Origin: Candidatus Omnitrophota bacterium
GTDB taxonomy: Bacteria > Omnitrophota > Gorgyraeia > Duberdicusellales > 4484-171
NCBI GenBank assembly: GCA_043815185.1
Contig: JBDRJF010000002.1
Span: 9,828 to 73,827, forward strand
Length of the DNA stretch: 64,000 nt
Reading direction: 5' to 3'
In this document: in pieces, positions 45,043 to 53,245 of the stretch
Layout: the number at the start of each line of letters is the position of its first letter
How positions within the stretch are numbered: the stretch's first letter is position 1
The notes under the pieces: generated by a model
What the model was told of the DNA's origin: nothing
What the model saw: the letters and a program-made list of their open reading frames with translations, nothing else
Database searches by the model: none
Position numbers and translations under genes: made by a program

Positions 45043-45321
45043 GTGCGCATTCATGCCTTTGATTGGGATGAGAAGAACGAAGGCCATATAGCCAGACAGG
45101 GAGTTGCCATGTTTGAAGTCGAAGAAGCTATTTTATTTGATAAACCATTCTACTAGAGAAGTAGAGAGGGCAAATATATTGCTTATGCCGTTACAGAAGA
45201 AGGAAGATTCTTATTTATCGTCTTTGCCACAAGAGGGCGCGGCCAGATAAGAGTTATTACGACAAGAGACGTGAACGAGAAAGAAAAGCGCTATTATAGA
45301 AAACGAAAGGGAGTGAGATAA
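45043..45321 (+). pseudogene. brnT: BrnT (DUF497) type II toxin gene interrupted by one in-frame TAG
   Basis: Manual translation gives VRIHAFDWDEKNEGHIARQGVAMFEVEEAILFDKPFY*RSREGKYIAYAVTEEGRFLFIVFATRGRGQIRVITTRDVNEKEKRYYRKRKGVR. It matches the BrnT pattern on both sides of the TAG at 45154-45156. It is not in the ORF track because both halves are under 60 aa. Confidence 0.75.
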
Positions 45322-45322
45322 G

Positions 45323-45655
45323 ATGAAGAAAAAGATACCTAAATTTAAAACTGAAAAAGAAGAAGCGCGTTTTTGGGAGACACATAGCCCACTTGAGCAT
45401 TCAGAAGAGTTTGTTGATGTGAAACAACCGTTTGAGTTTTCCCCTGCTCTTCTAAAAAAAGTTGCGGGAAAGCGAGATGAACGAAAGCGCCATCTTACTT
45501 TAAGGATGGGCCAACACCAAATTGATTTAGCTAAAGTTATTGCTAAGTACAGAGGGCTTGGTTATCAAACCTTGATGAGGATGTGGGTCATTGAAGGCAT
45601 TCATAAAGAGATTGAGATACACCCACAATTGAAAAAATTCCTTGCTTCAAAATAA
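45323..45655 (+). CDS. brnA: BrnA-family antitoxin (ribbon-helix-helix C-terminus)
   Basis: Starts 1 nt after the brnT stop. The sequence FKTEKEEARFWETHSP...LTLRMGQHQIDLAKVIAKYRGLGYQTLMRMWVIEGI is a typical BrnA layout. Confidence 0.8.
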   Translation: MKKKIPKFKTEKEEARFWETHSPLEHSEEFVDVKQPFEFSPALLKKVAGKRDERKRHLTLRMGQHQIDLAKVIAKYRGLGYQTLMRMWVIEGIHKEIEIHPQLKKFLASK

Positions 45656-45730
45656 GTATTGTTCACATAAACCTCAGTGAATTTAAAGCCAAAAGCAAAT
45701 TACATTAAATATATCATTATATTGTTAAAC

Positions 45731-45739
45731 TGCTATAAT
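45731..45739 (+). promoter_or_regulatory. Extended -10 element TGcTATAAT upstream of lepB
   Basis: TG at 45731-45732 and TATAAT at 45734-45739. The -35 is weak. Confidence 0.35.
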
Positions 45740-45767
45740 ATAAATCTATGTAATCTCTTTATAAAAG

Positions 45768-46340
45768 ATGAGTAAAAAGAAAAACGCATTAAGAGAGTGG
45801 GTAGAGGCCATAATTATTGCTGCTGCCTTGGCCATATTTTTGAGGACATTTTTCTTTCAAATATATAAGATTCCCACTACTTCAATGATTCCGGTTTTAA
45901 GCCCCGGAGATAAGATTTTTGTAAGTAAGCTTACCTACGGTCCAAAAATTCCCTTCACTCCCCTGCGGATTCAGGGGTTTGGTAAACCTAAACGATTTGA
46001 TATAGTTGTATTTATTCCACCCAGCGATAGAAATAAGTCCTACATAAAGAGGTTAATCGGCTTACCCGGCGATAGAGTCAGCTTAAAAAATGGTAATGTT
46101 TATATAAACGGTAAAATAGTAGTTGACCCTAAGATTGCAAGAAATTATTATTATAATCAGGGAGAATATGGAATCAAGGGTAAAGAAGTAGTTGTTCCTC
46201 GAGGTAAATATTTTTTCCTTGGCGATAATAGTATTTCGTCGAAAGACAGTCGTGATTGGGGTTTTGCCGATGAAAAAGATATTATCGGAAAAGCGATTTT
46301 TATCTGGTGGCCACCAAAGCGCGTAACTATGTTTGAATAG
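45768..46340 (+). CDS. lepB: Signal peptidase I
   Basis: Catalytic Ser box (IPTTSMIPVLSPGD), Lys box (YIKRLIGLPGD) and GDNSISSKDSR. Confidence 0.9.
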   Translation: MSKKKNALREWVEAIIIAAALAIFLRTFFFQIYKIPTTSMIPVLSPGDKIFVSKLTYGPKIPFTPLRIQGFGKPKRFDIVVFIPPSDRNKSYIKRLIGLPGDRVSLKNGNVYINGKIVVDPKIARNYYYNQGEYGIKGKEVVVPRGKYFFLGDNSISSKDSRDWGFADEKDIIGKAIFIWWPPKRVTMFE

Positions 46341-46372
46341 GTGATCGGAAGTAAAAAAATTAATTTTCAACA

Positions 46373-46939
46373 ATGAATCTGGCCGATAAATTAACCAGCA
46401 TTCGGATTATCCTTATCCCGGTATTCGTTTCGTTACTGATTTATTCACGTGCTCATACTTACTTAAAGCATATAGTAACGGTGGTTTTTGTTATTGCAAT
46501 CTTAAGTGACTTCTTTGACGGGTTAGCAGCAAGAATAAGAAGAGAGAAGTCAGACTTTGGCCAGATCCTCGATCCTTTAGCCGACAAATTACTGCTCTTC
46601 TCAGCATTTGTTTCTCTATATATCTTTAGACAAACCTTGCCTTTTACTTTTAAAATGCCATTAGGCCTGGTTTTAATCGTCGTAAGCAGAGATTTAATTA
46701 TTCTTATAGGGGTCGTAATAATTAATCTTTTAAGGCGTGAAGCCATCATGTCGCCGTCTCCCTGGGGTAAGCTTACAACTTTTTTTCAGATGGCTACCAT
46801 TCTGGCTTTGCTTTTAAATCTTCCCTTTTTCCCTTGGATTTGGAAGGGAGCAGCAATTTTTACCTTGATTTCGGGAATTAATTATTTTTTAAGGGGGGTA
46901 CGCGCCCTAAATGCAGACAGTAAATCTTCTTATCGTTAG
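46373..46939 (+). CDS. pgsA: CDP-diacylglycerol-glycerol-3-phosphate 3-phosphatidyltransferase
   Basis: CDP-alcohol phosphatidyltransferase motif DFFDGLAARIRREKSDFGQILDPLADK. Confidence 0.85.
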   Translation: MNLADKLTSIRIILIPVFVSLLIYSRAHTYLKHIVTVVFVIAILSDFFDGLAARIRREKSDFGQILDPLADKLLLFSAFVSLYIFRQTLPFTFKMPLGLVLIVVSRDLIILIGVVIINLLRREAIMSPSPWGKLTTFFQMATILALLLNLPFFPWIWKGAAIFTLISGINYFLRGVRALNADSKSSYR

Positions 46940-47513
46940 TTATCTTATTGGCGGGATACCTTTTGGGTTTTTATTTGTTTATTTGCTTAAAAAGGTCGAC
47001 ATAAGAGGTCTTGGTTCTGGTAACATTGGGGCAACTAATGTAACCCGGGTTTTAGGAAAGAAGTGGGGTATTTTGGTATTTATTTTAGACTTTTTTAAGG
47101 GTTTCAGCGTTCCTTTGATTGTGCCTTTTTTTGTAGCTAATCCATTGGCAATTCTTTTTATCTTAGCAATTATTGCTGCAGTTTGCGGGCATAATTGGAC
47201 TCCTTTCTTAAGATTTAAAGGGGGGAAAGGGGTATCAACCAGCCTGGGAGGTATCGCTGGCTTGAGTCTTCAGTTCTCTTCTTTAGCAAGTATTTTTATA
47301 TTTTCTGTATCCGTTTGGGTCATAATATTTTATGTCTTTAAAATTGTTTCGCTGGCTTCAATAATTAGTGCTTTTTCTTTCTTTATTTTTTCTCTTATTT
47401 TCCCCTTACCCGTAGAGTTTAGGATATTTTTCTTTTTGCTTTTTATCTTCATCCTAATCAGACATAAAAAAAATCTAATGCAGATTATGAAAAAGGAAGA
47501 ATCTCGGTTTTGA
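46911..47513 (+). CDS. plsY: Glycerol-3-phosphate acyltransferase PlsY
   Basis: GSGNIGATNVTRVLG, HNWTPFLRFKGGKGV and a polytopic membrane protein. Confidence 0.9.
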   Translation: MQTVNLLIVSYLIGGIPFGFLFVYLLKKVDIRGLGSGNIGATNVTRVLGKKWGILVFILDFFKGFSVPLIVPFFVANPLAILFILAIIAAVCGHNWTPFLRFKGGKGVSTSLGGIAGLSLQFSSLASIFIFSVSVWVIIFYVFKIVSLASIISAFSFFIFSLIFPLPVEFRIFFFLLFIFILIRHKKNLMQIMKKEESRF

Positions 47514-47524
47514 TCGTGAATCGT

Positions 47525-47559
47525 TTGACACTAAAATTATCAAAGAGTATAATTTGATA
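47525..47559 (+). promoter_or_regulatory. Consensus promoter (TTGACA, 17 bp, TATAAT) with an overlapping palindrome TATCAAA-N8-TTTGATA
   Basis: TTGACA at 47525-47530 and TATAAT at 47548-47553. The inverted-repeat arms at 47538-47544 and 47553-47559 bracket the -10. Confidence 0.6.
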
Positions 47560-47560
47560 G

Positions 47561-47690
47561 GTGGAAAATTTTATTAAAAATATCCCGCCTCGCTTAAGAG
47601 CCGGTAAATTTTCCACGATAATTTACCGGCACTCGGCGGGATTTAATTCGACTAGAGATTTTTGGTAGCAATTAAAAGCTTCAAAAATCT
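47561..47690 (+). promoter_or_regulatory. Highly structured recA leader or small RNA with mutually exclusive/pseudoknot helices
   Basis: Four perfect complementarities are seen. Pair A is 47561-47571 with 47606-47616 (11 bp). Pair B is 47582-47589 with 47635-47642 (8 bp). Pair C is 47600-47610 with 47620-47630 (11 bp). A further hairpin pairs 47656-47663 with 47683-47690 (8 bp). The 3' arm of A overlaps the 5' arm of C. Confidence 0.45.
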
Positions 47691-47712
47691 AAGTCTCATT
47701 AAAGGAGGAGCT

Positions 47713-48732
47713 ATGAGTAAAGAAAAAAGTGTATTAGAGAACAGGAAAAAGGCTTTAGATCTTGCTCTCGCGCAAATAGAAAAACAATTCGGTAAGGGCG
47801 CGATAATGCGGATGGGAGACGACACAAAAATGGATGTTGAAGCAATACCAACAGGAATAATTTTTTTAGACCGGGCCTTAGGAGTAGGAGGATTGCCCCG
47901 GGGTAGAGTGATTGAGATTTACGGCCCCGAATCATCAGGGAAAACTACCTTAACTTTGAGCATCATTGCTCAAGGACAAAGTAAAGGAGGTACGGCTGCT
48001 TTTATCGATGCCGAACATGCCTTTGATCCTAAGTATGCGAAGCTAATTGGGATAAAACTAGAAGACCTTTTAATATCTCAGCCTGATACCGGTGAACAAG
48101 CCTTAGAAATTGTAGAAGCTTTAGTTAGATCCAACGCCGTAGATTTAATTGTTGTTGATTCAGTTGCAGCTCTGGTGCCGCGGGCAGAAATAGAGGGGAA
48201 TATGGGTGATTCTTCGATTGCTCTTCAAGCGCGGTTGATGAGCCAGGCTTTACGAAAGTTAACCGCTGCCATAAGTAAATCTAAGACTTGTGTAGTGTTT
48301 ATTAACCAAATAAGAATGAAAATAGGAGTGATGTTTGGTTCCCCTGAGGTTACTCCCGGAGGCAGAGCTTTAAAATTCTACTCATCAGTAAGAATTGACT
48401 TAAGGAGAATAGCCACCATTACTACGCCGGATAATGGTGCGGTCGGTATAAAAGTACGGGCTAAGATAGTAAAGAATAAGGTTTCTCCACCGTTTAAAGA
48501 AGCAATATTTGAGATAATGTATAACGAAGGTGTGTCTATATCCGGAGCTTTGATTGATGCCGCAATTGATGAAGGAGTGATCAAGAAGTCGGGGAGCTGG
48601 TTTTCTTATAAAGATAAAAACTTAGCCCAAGGTAAGGAGCAGTTAAGAAGTTTAGTGAGAGAAGATGGCGCTTTAAGGACCGAGCTGGAACAAGAGTTAA
48701 AAAGCGACAGTTTTTCGGGGCAGAAACAATAA
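47713..48732 (+). CDS. recA: Recombinase RecA
   Basis: [25 protein letters not shown] and Walker [23 protein letters not shown]. The ORF-track start at 47662 is rejected. Confidence 0.95.
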   Translation: MSKEKSVLENRKKALDLALAQIEKQFGKGAIMRMGDDTKMDVEAIPTGIIFLDRALGVGGLPRGRVIEIYGPESSGKTTLTLSIIAQGQSKGGTAAFIDAEHAFDPKYAKLIGIKLEDLLISQPDTGEQALEIVEALVRSNAVDLIVVDSVAALVPRAEIEGNMGDSSIALQARLMSQALRKLTAAISKSKTCVVFINQIRMKIGVMFGSPEVTPGGRALKFYSSVRIDLRRIATITTPDNGAVGIKVRAKIVKNKVSPPFKEAIFEIMYNEGVSISGALIDAAIDEGVIKKSGSWFSYKDKNLAQGKEQLRSLVREDGALRTELEQELKSDSFSGQKQ

Positions 48733-48750
48733 TACCGTAAAGGAGGAGCT

Positions 48751-50166
48751 ATGGGTAAATATATAATTAGTTTAGTGGTTTGTATCCTGATATCTTTACC
48801 GCTTTACGCTCAGGGTGTATCAGAACTGGAGAAGGCAACTATTGATGTTGCTGCCAGCGGAGGTAAGTCGGTAGTATCTATAAGCAGTGTTATTAAAGAA
48901 AAGATCGGAAGTAATTTTTACTTTGGTTCCCCGTCTGAGGGTTTTGACGATCCGTTCCAACAATTCTTTGGAGAGTTTTTTGGAGGATTTCCCGAAAGAG
49001 AGTATGAGCGAAGAGGGTTAGGCAGCGGAGTCATAGTCGATAAAGAAGGATATATTCTTACTAATGAGCATGTTATTAGCGGGGCAAGCGAAGTGAAGGT
49101 TAAACTATCTGATGGAAGAGAATTTGATGCCGAAATTAAAGGGGCTGATAAACGAAGCGATCTGGCGGTGATAAAGATAGATGCAAAAGGGCTTCCAGAA
49201 ATAAAGCTGGGAAATTCAGATGATCTTCAGATTGGTAAGTGGGTGGTAGCAATAGGTAACCCTTTTGGTTTTGCTATTGATAACCCTGAGCCTACCGTTA
49301 CTGTAGGTGTAATAAGTGCTTTGAATCGTTATTTGCCGGCCTTAGGGAGAAGAGACCGTGGTTATGATGACCTTATCCAGACCGATGCCGCAATTAACCC
49401 CGGCAATAGCGGCGGGCCCCTGGTAAACCTTAAGGGGGAAATTATCGGTATTAATACGGCAATTATTACCACTTCCGGGGGTTATCAGGGCGTAGGCTTT
49501 GCGATACCAATTAATAAGGCCAAGAAGATTTTAGATAAACTTTTCAGCGGTGAGAAAATTCTTTACGGCTGGCTGGGTGTAACCATCGATAATTTAAATG
49601 ATGATTTACGCAATTACTTTGAGATCAAAGAGAGGGTAGGGATAATAGTCTTAAAAGTTTATAAGGATTCTCCGGCTGAGGAAAGCGGCCTTAAGGAGGG
49701 AGACTTAATTTTAGCCTTTGATGGGGAATCGGTTAAGACAACCAGAGATTTGGTACGCATGGTTTCGGCATCTAGCGTTGGGAAACGTATTCCTTTGGAG
49801 GTTCTTCGAAATGGCAAGGAGATAAAAGTTTTGGTAAAGATAGGTAAAATGCCCAAGGAAGGAGAAGAAATAGAGGAAGCAGAAGATGCTTCAGATAAAG
49901 TTTCTTTCAGGGGCATGGCTGTTGATGACCTAACACCTTTTTACCAAAGACGGTTTGGGATAAAAGCCGAACAAGGAGTGGTAATTACTGATATCGAAGA
50001 TGATTCAGCAGCTGATAAGACTGAATTAGAGGTTGGCGACGTTGTTCTTAAGATAGAAAATAAGCAAATAGACAGCAAAGAAGAGTTTGTGGCTGTCACT
50101 TCTAAGGTAAAAGGCAATTGTCTAATAAAGACAAATCGCGGATACTCTGTTCTTAAAGCGAAATAG
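48751..50166 (+). CDS. Periplasmic serine endoprotease HtrA/DegP/DegQ family with two PDZ domains
   Basis: Signal peptide, the catalytic triad regions (TNEHVI, DLAVIKI, GNSGGPLVN) and two PDZ-like segments. Confidence 0.9.
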   Translation: MGKYIISLVVCILISLPLYAQGVSELEKATIDVAASGGKSVVSISSVIKEKIGSNFYFGSPSEGFDDPFQQFFGEFFGGFPEREYERRGLGSGVIVDKEGYILTNEHVISGASEVKVKLSDGREFDAEIKGADKRSDLAVIKIDAKGLPEIKLGNSDDLQIGKWVVAIGNPFGFAIDNPEPTVTVGVISALNRYLPALGRRDRGYDDLIQTDAAINPGNSGGPLVNLKGEIIGINTAIITTSGGYQGVGFAIPINKAKKILDKLFSGEKILYGWLGVTIDNLNDDLRNYFEIKERVGIIVLKVYKDSPAEESGLKEGDLILAFDGESVKTTRDLVRMVSASSVGKRIPLEVLRNGKEIKVLVKIGKMPKEGEEIEEAEDASDKVSFRGMAVDDLTPFYQRRFGIKAEQGVVITDIEDDSAADKTELEVGDVVLKIENKQIDSKEEFVAVTSKVKGNCLIKTNRGYSVLKAK

Positions 50167-50646
50167 TTGAAAGACTTTAATCAGGCCCTCAGTTATTCTT
50201 TTCTTCTTCTAAAGTATCGCGCCCGAAGCCGGAATGAGATAATTTCTCGTCTTAAGAAAAAAGGGTATACTTCGAAAATAAGAGAACAAACAACAGATTA
50301 TTTAGAGAAAAATAACTACCTAAACGACGCAGATTTTACCAATTTTTTTGTCAGTTACGCACTAGAAAAAGGTTGGGGTCCAAGAAGAATTGATTTCAAC
50401 CTTAAGAGGCTGGGTATTTCCTCATCCTTGCGTAAAATAGCCTTAGAGAAAGATTTTGACTACAATAAAACTGTGCGAGAGATTATTCTAAGAATGCTGG
50501 GTAATTATAGAGCAAAGAAGCCGGCTATAGCGGCAAAAAAGATTTGGAACAGGATAGTAACTCACTTGGTGCAAAAGGGGTTTGATCGGGAAGTTATTTA
50601 CCAGGAAATGAAAAATCTGGGAGTAGATAGATTTGAAGACAAGTGA
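50167..50646 (+). CDS. recX: RecA regulator RecX
   Basis: Three-repeat helical RecX pattern (ALSYSFLLLKYRARSRNEIISRLKKKGY...). The neighbourhood is recA...recX-alaS. TTG start. Confidence 0.8.
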   Translation: MKDFNQALSYSFLLLKYRARSRNEIISRLKKKGYTSKIREQTTDYLEKNNYLNDADFTNFFVSYALEKGWGPRRIDFNLKRLGISSSLRKIALEKDFDYNKTVREIILRMLGNYRAKKPAIAAKKIWNRIVTHLVQKGFDREVIYQEMKNLGVDRFEDK

Positions 50647-53245
50647 GTTAAGAAAAAGATATTTGGAGTTTTTTAAAAAGAAGAATCATAAGGTTTTTGC
50701 CTCTGATACTCTAGTTCCTGATGATGCCTCTCTCCTTTTTACCTCGGCCGGGATGAACCAGTTTAAACCTTATTTTCTAGGTGAGAAGAAGGATGTGGCT
50801 AGGGCTGTTTCTTGTCAGAAGTGTTTGCGTACCGGGGACTTAGAGAGAGTCGGTGAAACTGCCTACCATCATACTTTTTTTGAAATGTTGGGAAATTTTT
50901 CGTTTGGTGATTATTTCAAAAAAGAAGCAATTGAGTTTGCTTGGGAATTCATCACCAAAGAGTTAAATAGGGATGAAAAGGATTTGTGGGTCTCCGTATA
51001 CAAGGATGATGAAGAGGCTTATAGTATTTGGAAGGATAAAATTGGTGTGCCTGAAGGAAAAATAATTAAGCTAGGCGAAGATAGTAATTTTTGGCCGGCT
51101 AATGCGCCTAGTGACGGACCCAATGGTCCTTGCGGCCCTTGTTCTGAAATTTTTTTTGATAAAGGTGTGAGTATTGGTTGTGGTAAAAAAAGGTGCAATC
51201 CTGATTGTAGCTGCGGCCGATTTGTTGAGGTTTGGAATTTAGTATTCACCGAGTTTAATCGAGTAGGAGTAAATAAGCTAGAGTCTTTGCCTCAGAAGAA
51301 TATCGATACTGGTATGGGCTTAGAGAGAATGGCTGCTGTTTTGCAGGGCAAAGATTCAAATTTTAAAATAGATATTTTAGCTCCGGGTTTTAATTTAGTT
51401 GCCAAGATTGTAGGTGCAAAGAAGACGATTGATACTCCGACAACTGTAAATACAATAAACGCTATTGTTGACCATGCCCGAGCTGCTACTTTTGCAATTG
51501 CTGACGGGGTTTACCCCTCCAATGAAGGAAGGGGTTATGTAATAAGGAAAATTATAAGAAAGGCCTTGTGGAGCGCAAACCTACTTTTATGGGGACAAAA
51601 AGACCCGTTTATATACAGATTAGTGGCTTTATTTTCAGAATTAATGAATGATTCTTATCCAGAGATTGCAGAGAAAAAAGATATTATTGCTAAGGTTATA
51701 AAGGCAGAAGAAGAAAAATTTCTTTTTGCGCTCGAGGAGGGCAAGGAGAATCTTTCCATAAAAGTTACTGAATTGAAAAAACAAAGAAAAAATATCTTAG
51801 AAGCAGAAGACGCATTCAAACTTTATGACACTTATGGTTTTCCGTTGGAGTTGAGTAAATATATTCTTCAAAAGCATAACATAGCTGTGGATGATCAGGG
51901 TTTTGAGAAACTTCTTTCGGCTCAACGAGAGCGTTCACGAAAGAAAAGTATGTTTGATGCCGGCATATTTAAAGCCGGCGAATTTGATTTCAAGGAAAAG
52001 AGCGAATTCATTGGATATGACAATTTAGAAGGAAAGTGCAAGATTTTAAAACTATTTGTAGCTAACACTGAAAAAGAACTGATAAAAAAGGGTGAGCAGG
52101 GCTTAGTAATTTTAGATAAGACTTTCTTTTATGCCGGAAGCGGCGGCCAGCTTAATGATCAGGGTAAGCTATCGACTAAAAGCGGAGAGTTTAAGGTAGA
52201 TAAAGTATTTAAAGTTGCTGATGCCATTATCCATCAAGGTTCTGTTATAAGCGGTGAGATTAAAAAAGGTGAGGCTATCGCTTCTGTTGATCGGGGGAGA
52301 AGAGAAGCTTTAGCCCGGGCTCATACAGCGACCCATCTTCTTCAGGCAGCTTTACGCCAAGTTTTAGGCGAGCATGTTGTCCAACAAGGTTCTTTAGTTG
52401 ATGAGGATAAATTCCGTTTTGACTTTACCCATTTTAACCGATTGGCTGATCAGGAGATAGAAGCGGTAGAGAATTTAGTTGCAAAATTTATCGCCCATGC
52501 CGATAAGGTTGAAAAAAAGGAACTTAGTCTGGAAAATGCTAAAAAACAAGGTGCTCTTGCTTTTTTTAAAGATAAATATCATAATAAAGTGCGGATGGTG
52601 TCAGTTTCTGATTATAGCAAGGAATTATGCGCCGGTATCCATGTTAATAATACCGCTGAGATTGGAAATTTTGCGATTATTTCGGAATCTTCGATAAGTA
52701 GCGGGATTAGGCGGATTGAAGCAGTAATCGGTAAAGGCGGCGGCACTTCATTTTTAACTCGTCGTAAGGAAAAGCAACAAGCAAAGAAGGCTTTAGACGA
52801 AAAAAAGAAGGTAGATAAGGCAAAGATTATAGAGAAAATTGCCGATCAGGAAGAAAAATTCCATATCAATAGCTTGAAAAGAATAGTGAAAGGCAATAAA
52901 GGAAAGGTGAATGTTCTGATTCATGAATTTGAACCACCAGCGTCATTGAGAAGTTTAGCGTCTCAGACTATGCTTATGTTATCGGATAGAGATAAACAAA
53001 GAGTAGGCTCAGGGGTCATATTTATTGCAACTAAGGGTTGTGAAAAAGATATTTTTATTTGTTCGGCTACCGATGATATAATTAAAAAAGGTTTTAGCTG
53101 TAAGAAGTTTATTTCGGAATTCGGAAAAGAGTTGTCATTAAAAGGAGGGGGAAATGATAGAACAGTTCAGGGTGTTATACCCAATAGAGGGGATGATTTT
53201 ATAGTTAGAGTCAACGAGTCTATCACTAAATTTATTAAAAAATGA
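50633..53245 (+). CDS. alaS: Alanine-tRNA ligase
   Basis: FTSAGMNQFKPYF, the class II core, editing-domain HTATHLL and a C-terminal DHHA1-like domain. TTG start. Confidence 0.95.
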   Translation: MKTSELRKRYLEFFKKKNHKVFASDTLVPDDASLLFTSAGMNQFKPYFLGEKKDVARAVSCQKCLRTGDLERVGETAYHHTFFEMLGNFSFGDYFKKEAIEFAWEFITKELNRDEKDLWVSVYKDDEEAYSIWKDKIGVPEGKIIKLGEDSNFWPANAPSDGPNGPCGPCSEIFFDKGVSIGCGKKRCNPDCSCGRFVEVWNLVFTEFNRVGVNKLESLPQKNIDTGMGLERMAAVLQGKDSNFKIDILAPGFNLVAKIVGAKKTIDTPTTVNTINAIVDHARAATFAIADGVYPSNEGRGYVIRKIIRKALWSANLLLWGQKDPFIYRLVALFSELMNDSYPEIAEKKDIIAKVIKAEEEKFLFALEEGKENLSIKVTELKKQRKNILEAEDAFKLYDTYGFPLELSKYILQKHNIAVDDQGFEKLLSAQRERSRKKSMFDAGIFKAGEFDFKEKSEFIGYDNLEGKCKILKLFVANTEKELIKKGEQGLVILDKTFFYAGSGGQLNDQGKLSTKSGEFKVDKVFKVADAIIHQGSVISGEIKKGEAIASVDRGRREALARAHTATHLLQAALRQVLGEHVVQQGSLVDEDKFRFDFTHFNRLADQEIEAVENLVAKFIAHADKVEKKELSLENAKKQGALAFFKDKYHNKVRMVSVSDYSKELCAGIHVNNTAEIGNFAIISESSISSGIRRIEAVIGKGGGTSFLTRRKEKQQAKKALDEKKKVDKAKIIEKIADQEEKFHINSLKRIVKGNKGKVNVLIHEFEPPASLRSLASQTMLMLSDRDKQRVGSGVIFIATKGCEKDIFICSATDDIIKKGFSCKKFISEFGKELSLKGGGNDRTVQGVIPNRGDDFIVRVNESITKFIKK

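Noticed and set aside
45154-45156. In-frame TAG in brnT as programmed read-through or recoding (e.g. pyrrolysine)
   Set aside because: TAG terminates several well-defined genes here (uvrC, comEC, frr, htrA), and no recoding machinery or signal is evident. A nonsense mutation is the parsimonious reading.
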